A DNA stretch of 64,000 nucleotides from Octopus bimaculoides (Eukaryota), in assembly GCF_001194135.2 (NCBI RefSeq), contig NC_068981.1, positions 164,376,682 through 164,440,681 of the forward strand. The letters run 5' to 3'. Positions 39,186-51,804 of this stretch are shown piece after piece. A program made the translations under genes and the position numbers. The stretch's first letter is position 1. Every line of letters starts with the position of its first letter. Under the pieces are notes generated by a model that searched no databases, had not been told where the DNA came from, and worked only from the letters and a program-made list of their open reading frames with translations.

Positions 39186-40010
39186 AATATGCCGATCAGT
39201 GCACCAGAAGACCAGGTAGCAAACCTAATTTCATAAATCAAATCGTCCATACACCTTTCATTGGGGTTAAACTATATTTCATTAAATGGGTATATTAATT
39301 GGTTTTGCATAAGAAACAATGTATAACAACAAAGCATTTGATATAAATGACCGAAACATTAAATAATGTTATCTAACAACACCATATTCGCTTTTTTAAT
39401 CTGAATGATAAATACATANNNNNNNNNNNNNNNNNNNNNNNNNNNNNNNNNNNNNNNNNNNNNNNNNNNNNNNNNNNNNNNNNNNNNNNNNNNNNNNNNN
39501 NNNNNNNNNNNNNNNNNNNNNNNNNNNNNNNNNNNNNNNNNNNNNNNNNNNNNNNNNNNNNNNNNNNNNNNNNNNNNNNNNNNNNNNNNNNNNNNNNNNN
39601 NNNNNNNNNNNNNNNNNNNNNNNNNNNNNNNNNNNNNNNNNNNNNNNNNNNNNNNNNNNNNNNNNNNNNNNNNNNNNNNNNNNNNNNNNNNNNNNNNNNN
39701 NNNNNNNNNNNNNNNNNNNNNNNNNNNNNNNNNNNNNNNNNNNNNNNNNNNNNNNNNNNNNNNNNNNNNNNNNNNNNNNNNNNNNNNNNNNNNNNNNNNN
39801 NNNNNNNNNNNNNNNNNNNNNNNNNNNNNNNNNNNNNNNNNNNNNNNNNNNNNNNNNNNNNNNNNNNNNNNNNNNNNNNNNNNNNNNNNNNNNNNNNNNN
39901 NNNNNNNNNNNNNNNNNNNNNNNNNNNNNNNNNNNNNNNNNNNNNNNNNNNNNNNNNNNNNNNNNNNNNNNNNNNNNNNNNNNNNNNNNNNNNNNNNNNN
40001 NNNNNNNNNN

Positions 40011-40114
40011 GGCCATGGAATTTTCCTTGTCTTTATCAGGCCCCCCCTTGGCGCCCTGTAACACATGGTGCCTCGGGCGACTACCCGTGTTGTCGGTATC
40101 TTGAGCCGGCCCTG
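40011..40114 (-). mobile_element. Possible hAT-like MITE end
   Basis: Begins CAGGGCCGGC on minus and is GC-rich; the other end would fall in the gap. Confidence 0.4.
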
Positions 40115-40257
40115 GTGGTGTGTCCCAATATCTTTCCAAATTTGGTGCAAACTTTCTACTTGAGGAAAACTTGTTAAGTTATGGCCACATACATACCAAG
40201 CACTATTCAAAGTTGAAGGTTTCCCTTCATCCCGTGATTCAGCTTGCATTATATCAT

Positions 40258-40651
40258 TTTTTATTTGTTTCAGTCATTTGACTGTGGCCATGCTGGGGCA
40301 CCACCTTGAAGAGTTTTCAGTCGAAGAAATCAACACCAGGACTTATTCTTTTGTTTTTAAGCTTAGTACTTATTGTTTTGATCCTTTTTTGTCGAACCGC
40401 TAAGTTACAAGGGCAAAAATAGACCAACACCGGTTGTCAAGCGGTGGCAGGGGGTCAAACACAGACACAAAGACACACACACACACATAGGACGAGCTTC
40501 TTTCAGTTTCCATCAACTAGATCCACTTGCTTTGATTGGCTCGAGGCTATAGCTGAAGACGCTTGCCTCAGGTCTCACGCGGAGAGACTGAACCCGGAAA
40601 CTTGTGGTTGGGGAAGCAAGCTTCTTAGTACACGGCCACGCCTGCGCCTAT
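40258..40651 (-). mobile_element. SINE-B, full length
   Basis: Tail, short (CA) repeat and head are all present. Confidence 0.9.
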
Positions 40652-41233
40652 GTTGAATTTCTTCTAGAAATTGAAGCGGTTTTAATTTGATGGAAACCCC
40701 GCTCAAATTTTCAGTAAATTATCCATCACCGCCTTAAAAAAAAGTAAAAGATAAAAAGAAAGGGAAGGGAAGATGCAATGAATTGTAGGTTCATATTGCT
40801 TAAAAGTTAAAATAACCTGGATAGTCATGATTGGAAAGCATTTTATGAGGGCTGGCCTAGGATGAGCAGCAGCAACATTAAGCAGCATATATTAACTAAA
40901 CGTTTCTCTATTCATGCTTTTGTACTCTCTCTCTCTCTCTCTCTTATCTTCACAACACAAACTCTTTCGTACTCATTCCTTCTCGGTATCTCTCACTAAT
41001 TCTCCATCTCCCTCTCACTCACTCTTTCAAATTCTCATATACATTTATATACGTGGATACATACATACATACATACTTGCATACAACAATTAGGCATAAC
41101 ACAAACAGATGTGTACATTACATTTCATTCCATTTCCAATATATCTAAACCAAACGGCCTTCTAATCTATATCTAAAGACGGACGGACCAAGCTAGCGTA
41201 AACCCCCCCCCACCCAAACACACACACACATTA

Positions 41234-41264
<31 letters not shown>

Positions 41265-41633
41265 NNNNNNNNNNNNNNNNNNNNNNNNNNNNNNNNNNNN
41301 NNNNNNNNNNNNNNNNNNNNNNNNNNNNNNNNNNNNNNNNNNNNNNNNNNNNNNNNNNNNNNNNNNNNNNNNNNNNNNNNNNNNNNNNNNNNNNNNNNNN
41401 NNNNNNNNNNNNNNNNNNNNNNNNNNNNNNNNNNNNNNNNNNNNNNNNNNNNNNNNNNNNNNNNNNNNNNNNNNNNNNNNNNNNNNNNNNNNNNNNNNNN
41501 NNNNNNNNNNNNNNNNNNNNNNNNNNNNNNNNNNNNNNNNNNNNNNNNNNNNNNNNNNNNNNNNNNNNNNNNNNNNNNNNNNNNNNNNNNNNNNNNNNNN
41601 NNNNNNNNNNNNNNNNNNNNNNNNNNNNNNNNN

Positions 41634-41669
<36 letters not shown>

Positions 41670-42214
41670 GTATGTAAGCGCTTGGTTTCTCTTTGATACT
41701 ATGGTGCTGTGTTTGAGAAGAAACATAAACATTAATGTAGTGTTTGTGCAAATAATTTTGTGACTGATCAACCGTTGGTAAGCATTCTTGACAGATAAAG
41801 TGAGAAACACGCGTACGAAAGGGATTAAGACTACAGCAACAAGAACAGCAACAACAGCTACAACCAGCATTATCATCATCATCATGCACAGCAATACCAA
41901 TAACAGCAAGAACGAAACCACCAGCAGCAGCAGCAACAGCAACAACAACAACAACAATAACAACAACAGTAAAACTGAAAACAGCCGAAATAACAATCAG
42001 CAATTGATGCAACAATGCAACAATGCAACAATAGAATCTACAGCAGTTGCACTTGTAGGAGAAATATCACAGCGTCACACCAAGTCATAACATCACCACT
42101 GCCGCCGTAACCATTATCACCACCACCACCACAACCAAACCCAAACGGATTCCCTCTTTTACACAACTACGTTACTGAGTAGTGCTTGAAATCGCTTAAA
42201 GATCACATGATCTC

Positions 42215-42410
42215 CATTCCACTATAGGCAAAAGGCCGGGAATTCTGAAGGAAGGGGTTAGTCGATTACATTGATCCCCAGTGCTTAAAACTGGTACTTA
42301 TTTCATCGACTCCTGAAAGAATGAAAGTCAAAGTCAACTTTGGTGGAATTTGAACTCAGAACATGAAGACGGACGAAATGTCGCTAAGCATTTTGTCCGG
42401 CATGTAAACG
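42215..42410 (-). mobile_element. SINE-A
   Basis: ctggtacttatttcatcgactcctgaaagaatgaaagtc...gaatttgaactcagaac. Confidence 0.85.
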
Positions 42411-42703
42411 ACGACGAGACGACAACAACAATAATATTTTAATGTAGGCACAAGGCTTGAATTTGGTAGGGATGGGACAGTCGTTTGGTAATTTATCGTC
42501 ACTAGCGTGATAAAAGCCAAATTTGACTCCGATAGGATTTGAACGTAAAAGGACATTCTGTGTCTTTATCCTAAATCAACCATTCTCCATTGTAGCTCTA
42601 CCAAAACAAGGATATCTGAATGTTATCTTTCATTTTGCAGCGCTTCAGTCGATCTTCATTGATACTCAGAGGACATCACTTGCCCACCATTAATCCTCTA
42701 TAG

Positions 42704-43009
42704 TAGAGGTTCCCAACCTGTTTTACATCACGGACCGGTTTCATATATGTCGATCTTTCCATGGATCAGAAGATCAGGCGCATAAAATAATTCATCGGAG
42801 CATGGAAAAAATTGTGAGTGAAGCAAATACTGGAATGTGATCCTGGAGGAGGTGATAACTTTTCAAGATAAAATACTCTTCTGACTGATAGTCAATAAAA
42901 TAGAAATAAAATTTTAAAATTTATTCTTTCTGTGCACCCGGTATCAAATGACTAATAACCCAAAGGCGGACCCCTGCTCACAGAGAATGTAAAGGTTGAA
43001 GTACCACTG
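42704..43009. mobile_element. hAT/Charlie-like MITE, degraded
   Basis: TAGAGGTTCCCAACC left end and GGTTGAAGTACCACTG right end; no clear TSD. Confidence 0.65.
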
Positions 43010-43163
43010 GACAATATTGCTTGAGTAGTAAAGACATGTGAATGTTTAACTTCCAAATGTCAAGTGCCTAATCTATTTCTTCGCTTCAGCCTGGAATACA
43101 TCTCCGCCAAAGAGACGAGTTGTAATGGAAACAGCCTGACGAGGCCATCCTACTCACACTCAC

Positions 43164-43308
43164 CGTCTAGGATTTTCTGAAGACTCCATATCTTCAGTAT
43201 GTGTTTATGCATCGTCCGTCACTACATTCTGAGCTTTTGGTGCAGAGAGTGGTGGCAGCAGATAATTTTTCTGTTCAGTGGTACGTGCCTCATCTACAAG
43301 ACGGGAAA
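43164..43308 (-). other. Candidate exon carrying a start codon (MESSENPR)
   Basis: Long pyrimidine-rich acceptor ...ctttatag|T, consensus donor ACG|GTGAGT, ATG in a GAT-ATG-G context downstream of an in-frame TAA. Confidence 0.3.
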
Positions 43309-44779
43309 CTATAAAGTGAGAATATAATTTGTAGAGTAAAAGAAACTTCAGAAGTGTAAACAATAAAAAAAAGAAAGGTAAAAGATAACATGAAAGTAAA
43401 CTGTTTTGCATATTCCGCTGTTTTTATTTCGTTGTTAGTGTTTTAGTTGCTGTTATAAAATTTTGCTATTATCCCTGCTTTATTGTTGCTTTTATTGTTA
43501 TTTTAATTGTTATTGTTGTGTGACTTCCATTGTTGTTTCATTCATTCCATTTTTTGTATCCGTTTTTACATTTCTTGTTAATGTAGGAGATTCTCCATTG
43601 GTATCGACGACGATTATTCAGTTTTCGTTCAACCAACTGAATTCCTTCTCGTAAAATATGTATAAGTGGTTAATTATTCCACAAACAATTGAACCCTTAA
43701 GAGAATCCATTAGGCTGAAACAGAGTGACATAAAGCGGCATGAAACTGGAATACCTCCCTTGCTGTCTTTAATGCTTGTTGCAACATGAAAATAAACCGG
43801 ACCTATGTTTTACGCACATAATCCAGTCGGGAAGAGAAAGAGAGAAAAAGAGAGTGTGGAATTGAGAATATTTTTCTAAAATAAGAAATAATAAAAGGAG
43901 GAAAGTATTCGATAATAACAGTAAAGTAGCCAATAGTGTGTTAGCTAAATACTATAAAATAACGTGTGATGAAAACTTGTTGAATCGCTGTGGATATATA
44001 AGCAAGAAGGAGAAATAAACGAGTCACTGATTGCACATAGCTTATTTTCTATTATTTAATCAAGTTTATGTGGCCTTGTGCATTTCGTAACGATAGCATT
44101 CAACATTCATTGGAAAATATTAGGTCTGTTTATTATTTCTAATAAAAAGCAAGAACTTGAGTAATATTTTAAATATATTACATGCATTTATCCTTTCTAT
44201 TTGAAAATAAATTAAGCAATCACCTTCCGCTCAGGAAAATACTTCCACATTCTTCGCTTACTGTTATTTATCTATTAACATATTTATCTTTATTTTTTTT
44301 GTGGTAGTGGTGGAAAGTAGAAAACGTTTTCATTTTTTTAAAGCTTTCAATTCGCATTTTTTTATTTCCATTGAAGCATAGCATATGAACCGCATACTGT
44401 ATACAGTAGAATTACATTATGTCATCGTTAATACCAATAATGTTAGTGATACTAAAAAAATTGACATCGAAATAAACGAGACAACGCAGAAGTTTTTACG
44501 TGATCAATCGACTTTTTTCGTTGGAAAATGTATCTGATGCACAAAATTATATGATTGTCTGGGCTGCGACATCTTTGATCGGAGATCTTATTTCGAGCTC
44601 ACCTATGGCTAATAACAACATCAACTCTAATATAAACATAATAGACATGATATTAACTAGTAAAGAAAAATGATAATATTTGCGACAGCAATAATAAATA
44701 TTTATAATTAACGAAATAGATGCATAATAAATAACGACCAGACTTAAAGGAAACTAGTATATTTATTACCAAGAAAGAC

Positions 44780-44860
44780 GGCAATTTGGCAGAATCATTA
44801 GAGCGTCGGATAGGTTGACTATGTCTTCCGGTACACTGTGCTCTAAGTTCAAATCCAGAG
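44780..44860 (+). mobile_element. SINE-A head fragment
   Basis: ggcaatttggcagaatcattag...ctaagttcaaatcc. Confidence 0.6.
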
Positions 44861-45367
44861 TGTGTGGAATATTTAGCCACTTACCCATACTTTACGAGAA
44901 GGAATTCAGTTGGCTGAATGAAAACTGAATGCTCATCGTCGATACCGATGGAGAATCTATTACATTAACAAGAAATTTATAAACGGATGCAAAGAATTAA
45001 ATGAATGAAACAGAAATGGAAGTCAAACAACAATAACAATTAAAATAACATAGTATCATAATAAACGCAAGAATAAAGTAAGGGTAATAGTAACATATAA
45101 TCACAACAACTACAACACAAGCAACGAAATAAAAAACAACAACGGAATATGCAAAATCTCACCAAAATAAGTAAATAAATACTATATAATTACATAAATA
45201 AACGAATACACATCTGTAAACGAAGATAAACAATAATATAAGGAAAAGAGAAGGGGAAAATAACCAAATAACCAAAAGCTCTCTAGGAGCACTATTTAAA
45301 TCAATGGAGTGACCTGGGTAATATACGGAAGAGCAGAGTCTATTGCAGAGGTCTAACAGTCTCTATG

Positions 45368-45450
<83 letters not shown>

Positions 45451-45451
<1 letters not shown>

Positions 45452-45694
45452 TCCTACGTAAAATACTGTCTATGTGAGCTCAAATTTTAAAGCAAGCACA
45501 TAATTTTCTTATGGTTTCTTAAACATTCACTTGAACAAAACTGTACAAATCCAAATATATGGTATTCTAGGCATAACACCTACATGAACTTCTAACTTGT
45601 TGTCTCTTGAGGTCTCTGGGTGAGACTTGGATCCAACTTGTACAAATGCAAAACAAAAGTCAAACATAAAATAATAATAATAATAATAATAATA
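45451..45694 (+). mobile_element. RLE-type LINE extreme 3' fragment embedded in (AAT)n
   Basis: ILRKILSM* (compare ILRKTFSIQ* in fragment 1) plus a 3' UTR, flanked by (AAT)n at 45368-45450 and 45669-45694. Confidence 0.75.
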
Positions 45695-46129
45695 AATGTT
45701 TGTTCGGCTCTTAAATCCAATTCTTCTGTTCGCCTCATCAAATCTTTAGTTTGCCTGATACTTCTGACAGCGTTTTCTTTTTCAACTTGTTGATACACGT
45801 TTTCTGTCAGACGAAATCAAGTCTTCAAACTCGCCTCGCGCCATCTTTAAGTCAGAATGATTTCTGTCTGTCTGTTTGTATGTATGTATATATGCATGTA
45901 TATATGTTTGCTCGTATGAATGTATGTTTGTATGTATCATATGTATGTATATACGTATGCTTGTTTATATGACTGTATGTATGTGTGTATATTTGCATGT
46001 TTGTATGTTTGTATGTATACATGTTTTTTCATATGTACGTGTGTTTGTACCAGTCTATATATCTTTGCCTGTATATATGTATATTTATTTGTATGTATGT
46101 TTATGTATGCTTGCATTCTTGCTAGTATG

Positions 46130-46161
<32 letters not shown>

Positions 46162-46367
46162 CATGCATGTGTGTATGTATGCCTGTTTGTCTGTATGCAT
46201 GTATGTATATATGCATGTATGCAAATATGTATGTTTGTATGCACATATGTATGTTTGTATTTATACAAATGCATATGTACGTCATTGTGTATGGAGTGTT
46301 GTGAAAAGAATGGAACTCAATATTTGCTACTGCTGCTGTTGATGATGATGATTATAAGGACAATGGT

Positions 46368-46476
<109 letters not shown>

Positions 46477-47099
46477 TCAGGTAATTTCAAAAGAATCAAC
46501 ATAAGAATATTAACCAGAAGAGGAAGATAAAGAAAAATAATAGGAAAACTATTTTTTTTCTCTCGTAAGGAAATAGAGAAGGAAGTTGGAATTGAAATAA
46601 TGTTGTGTGCTAAACAAGTCTTCCACAAGTGTTTTGGTTGAAGTAAGTGATGGAACAGAACCTATGGAAGTAGCATTAATTCAGAGAGCAAACACTGTCT
46701 GAAACACATTGATACTGGTGATGATGACAACAAGTACGACAAGAACGATAATGATTTTTATGATGATGAAATAGTGCTTATTGCTGTTGAGTTTTTGGTC
46801 CGTCATTTGCTGGATACATATTCGCATTACATCTGTGCTTTCTCTTCAGCGTCAGGGTTTCTCCTCAAACGCAGAATGCTTACTGACCGCCTCGCAAGAT
46901 ATTAATGAGAACCAAAACAAACACAGACACACCGCATACACATAACAAACATGAGTGTTTATATGCGTATTTGTATATGTATAATACATAAGAATATATA
47001 TCTATAATGATAACAGTATATCATAATAATATATATACTCCGATTTAAAGCGATATTTTCTGTGAATTATCAAGCCTCCAGGTTTGTTTACAAATGTTG

Positions 47100-47240
47100 A
47101 ATCTTGCCTCCCAACCACATGGTTCCGGGTTCAGTCCCACCGCGTGGCACCTTGAGCAAATGTCTTCGACTATTGCCTCGAGCCGACTAAAGCCTCATGA
47201 GTGGATTTGATAGACGGATCTGAACGAAACCCGTCCTATA
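47100..47240 (+). mobile_element. SINE-B head
   Basis: cccaaccacatggttccgggttcagtcccaccgcgtggcaccttgagcaaatgtcttc. Confidence 0.88.
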
Positions 47241-47453
47241 TATATGTATGTATATATATATATATNNNNNNNNNNNNNNNNNNNNNNNNNNNNNNNNNNN
47301 NNNNNNNNNNNNNNNNNNNNNNNNNNNNNNNNNNNNNNNNNNNNNNNNNNNNNNNNNNNNNNNNNNNNNNNNNNNNNNNNNNNNNNNNNNNNNNNNNNNN
47401 NNNNNNNNNNNNNNNNNNNNNNNNNNNNNNNNNNNNNNNNNNNNNNNNNNNNN

Positions 47454-47492
<39 letters not shown>

Positions 47493-47811
47493 CGACGGGT
47501 TTCTATAATGCTGGTATGTGCGTGTGTGTGTTTACGTATATACTCACACGCCTATGCGCCCACGTGTGTATAAGCTGTAATTCAAAAGTTCAATTTTGTC
47601 CAGTTGTGGCATGCTAATTCTGCCCCGGAATTACATGAAAGTTACAAGTGTCTATGTAAAACTGAACCACTTTAATGCTAATGCAATGAGTAGGCAATTA
47701 GATCGATGGAACGATTGAATATTCAAAGTCGAAACCGACGGAGAATGTATGTATGTATATGAACAGAACAGTATTGCAGGTACAACTCACGAGAAAAAAA
47801 AAACAAAAGAA

Positions 47812-47998
47812 AAACAAGAACTGTGTGAGTCCAGACCCAACTCTTTGCCTTCAGTCCCAGCAGACCACCAGTCTCCGACCTGTGGCAGAGCCCTCCGTGC
47901 AAGCAACGAATTGATCGGCGACAGCCGGACATATCGTGTCCCGTCTTCTTCCATGTGATGTCCCTGTCCTTGGTCATCGCCGACGACGACGGACGAAC
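47812..47998 (+). mobile_element. RTE-clade LINE 3' end
   Basis: PTCGRALRASNELIGDSRTYR resembles the terminal CPTCGRxFRAxIGLxSHxRTH motif; followed by ggtcatcgccgac...ggacgaac. Confidence 0.8.
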
Positions 47999-48217
47999 TG
48001 ATAATGTATGAATGCTTGTGAGTATGTATATGTATATCTATTTGTGTTAATATCTGTATGTGTGTATATGCATGTATATATATGTGTGTGTGTGTATGCG
48101 TATGCGTGTGTGTGTGTGTATACATATACACATGAACAAATTTGTATTTGTATATTCTTATATGTGTACATGCGGTGTGTATGTATATTTGTATATGTAC
48201 TTGTATATATGAATGTA

Positions 48218-48254
<37 letters not shown>

Positions 48255-49292
48255 TGTGTGTGTGATATGTGTGTGCGTGCGTGTGTGCGTGTGGTCGTGA
48301 TTTCCGTACGTTTCAGCTGAATGGAAGTGTCAGTGCGAGTGTTAAAGCCTTGATTGCAGAAAACTGGCTTCCTGGCTACAGCACAATTGGTTTGACGGGT
48401 GCATGAGTAGGACCAGTTCCGTTTTGATACGAGAAACACAGCTGAAGTCGTCAGAGAGGCTCCAAGTTCATTCTCCGTGCCATCCACGCTTCATTGCAAG
48501 TGTTGATTGGATCTGTTCGAGATTTGAACATGGAGAGTAGAAAGAGCGTGTGAATGGCGTGAGGAAATATTGTGAGAAATAGGATTGGAGGAGAAGAGCG
48601 AGAGAAAGAAAGAGAGAGGGGGAGAGTGGGGGTAGAGGGAGATAGAGGAAGACATATACAGAGACGGAGACAGAGAGAGGGATAGAGAGACAGGTAGGGA
48701 GAGAGAGAAGGAGAAAGTGTAAGGGAGATGTAGAGACAGAGAGATAGGCAGAGATAGAAGTATGTGTTCGTGCATGTGTGTGTGTATGCGTGTGTGTATA
48801 TCTTTCTGTGTGTATGTGTGTGTATGTGAGTGTGCGTGCGTGTGCGTGCGTGTATGTGTATGTGTGTGTGTGTGTATTTGTGTGTAGAGGGTAGAAGGGT
48901 GAGAAGTAAAAAGAGAAAGAAACGAGAAGAGAGATAAGGAGACAGAGATAATGTCTGAGTTTGTGTGTGTTGTTTGAGAACATACGCGTGTATGTGTATA
49001 AATGAACATGTATGTATGCATATATTGGTGTGTCTATCTGTGTGCTGTGTGAGGAATACAGAGGAGTAAAAGAAAGAGACATAGAGGGGAAGAGACAGAA
49101 CGAGAAAGAGAAAGAGAGAAATGATGCAGGGAGGGGAAACAAGGAAATGCAATGAATGCAAAGGTAGAGAGAAATATGAAAGAAAAATGGGATGTGAGAG
49201 AATGTGAATGTAGATGTGTATGTGTTTGTGTTTGTGTTTGTGTGAACAACAGACATGTATCGAGAAAATCAAAAGCATTTCATTATAGAAAG

Positions 49293-49334
<42 letters not shown>

Positions 49335-49524
49335 NNNNNNNNNNNNNNNNNNNNNNNNNNNNNNNNNNNNNNNNNNNNNNNNNNNNNNNNNNNNNNNNNN
49401 NNNNNNNNNNNNNNNNNNNNNNNNNNNNNNNNNNNNNNNNNNNNNNNNNNNNNNNNNNNNNNNNNNNNNNNNNNNNNNNNNNNNNNNNNNNNNNNNNNNN
49501 NNNNNNNNNNNNNNNNNNNNNNNN

Positions 49525-49584
<60 letters not shown>

Positions 49585-49769
49585 GAAAAAAGGAGAGCAG
49601 AGGAGACATGAAAAGAAATAGAGAATTATGAATGAGTGTGTAAACAGGAAAAATAGTAAAATACAAAGTATGGAAGAGAGCAATGACTTTTGGGGGGAAA
49701 ATGTTGTATGGAAGTAGGAAATAAAGAAATAAATAAGAGATAAGCACTGATATTACTATTGGTTGTTTA

Positions 49770-49925
49770 GGCGGCGAGCCGGCAGGATCGTTAGCACGCC
49801 AAGTGAAATGCTCAGCGGCATTTCGTCTCTCTTTCCATTGTGAGTCCAAATTCTGCTGAGTTTGACTTTACCTTTCATTCTTTCGTGGTCGACGAAACAA
49901 ATACCAGTTAAACACTGGTGGGGGT
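49770..49925 (+). mobile_element. SINE-A
   Basis: aggcggcgagccggcaggatcgttagcacgcc...tttacctttcattctttcgtggtcgac. Confidence 0.85.
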
Positions 49926-51764
49926 CAGATAGACAAAGGCAATGACAATAATGAGCCAACAATGAATGGAACTTCGAAAGAGTTGCTGGATTCGCTAATC
50001 TAAATCTACCTGAAAACAGCTTAACTTCTCAAAACAAGGAAACACTGGGCTAGCGATTCTTTGATTTTTAATCTCTTTGAACACATCGGGATAGGCGGTG
50101 CCGAAGCATCGTGCCGAAATGGCAATTCAGCTGGGGTGCCATCACTCACTTCTAAAGACGGTGACCGGACGATACATGCAAATTTATCCTTGAAATTGGG
50201 ATACTTTTATTAAACAACTCGGGCCCGGCTACGGTGCCGTTTTTAGAGGCGTTCAATTGTTACCACTTAGAGGCAGCATGGCATCTATCGATCGAACGCG
50301 CAAACCATTGTTCTGAAAGAGATTGGATGATGGAATTAATAGCATATCATTTTTGAAAATAAAAATACATGGTGATCTTAACTGGTAGTAATTTAAACCA
50401 TAGTTTTCGTAATTCGGAGCTGATCAAGACTTAAACAACAAAAACAGCAGCCAAATAACTCTCAGGTCTTTGTGGTAAACTTTATTTGTTGTCGAGTTTA
50501 ATACAATCGCCTGGCTCGTAAGTACTTTTGGTAGATTTCGTTTCATTGCAAACATTAAGGCCAAGTCTCTAGTTTGAGAATAACTTCTTTCTATCTCCTA
50601 CCCAGTTTCGGGAGCTCTGAAGAAGTAAAGGGTCAATGGTGCTGCATTTCATCATATACTTAAACGATAAAAGATGTCACACTATACCCTAACATACTAA
50701 AGTAGGAAACGGAAACATTAGCCAATAGAGTGTCTTAGTTTTTATTGAAGATGTGGTACAAGAAAATACCTTCGGATATAAAACAAATATTAACACATTA
50801 ATCCCAGCAAAATTGATTTTTTTTTACTATAGTTTGTAAAACGAACTTAGTAAAGGCATACCCTGACACAAAATCGTCTAAAGATTTGAATTTGTAGAGG
50901 GAACAATACCACGTCACTCATCGCCTAGTATTGATATCAAACGCATTGAAAATAAAAACGAATGTATCTTTATCAACCTGATCTAATTGCATCTTATTCT
51001 TCCATAACCTGGATTCTTCTCCTAAAAGTCTTTAATTTCACTGATATCGTACAAAAGTAACTGCAGAACACCACGCCTTCAAGGAGATTCCTTTTTTACC
51101 AATATTTCTTGCTAGGTTAAGAGGAATGGTAAGAGCTATTTTGAGGACAACATTGTGAGCAGTAAAAATTGTGTTAGGATGGATTACAGGTGCACAAAAT
51201 CCTTCGTGTAATTCCATCGAGAACTGCATGACAGAAGTACTGTAACCCTATAAACCAAGGGAAGCTGATGTACAATTACATCAACAGAAAGCTGGAGCTA
51301 ATAAAGAGCAAATTCCTACAGAAAATATTGTATAACGGGCTGGTGCATCCTTAAGTGGCACAGCAACATCACCACATGGAATATAAGCCAGCTTTTTCAA
51401 ATAATATTTAGAAATAGAAAAACCGAGGAAAAATCACCAGCTTCTCATGTGCACTGTTTAATGAGACTCAGGCATTTAAGAATGGACCAAAGCTCTGTGT
51501 ACTGTGCTTCACACAAGGAGCTTAACGTCATCCGCCATCCTCCCTCAAGTCTAAATGAAAATAACAAAAACTAATTTCAACTCGCCGAAACATGCCCAAA
51601 TTTTACTATGACAATTTCAAAGACACTCCTTTATGCATGACAGACGAAGATCAACGATCTACATAGTCTTACATCGCATAGAGGTTATCGTATTACTTTC
51701 AAACCCGTTTATATATACGGTCGACTAATTAAACGAAACGGTGGTTCGGATGATGTAATCCCTG

Positions 51765-51804
<40 letters not shown>

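Noticed and set aside
48300-48530. Unique segment with minus-strand ORF MDGTENELG...
   Set aside because: It has a GTG start, runs into (CA)n, and shows weak splice signals and no recognisable motif.
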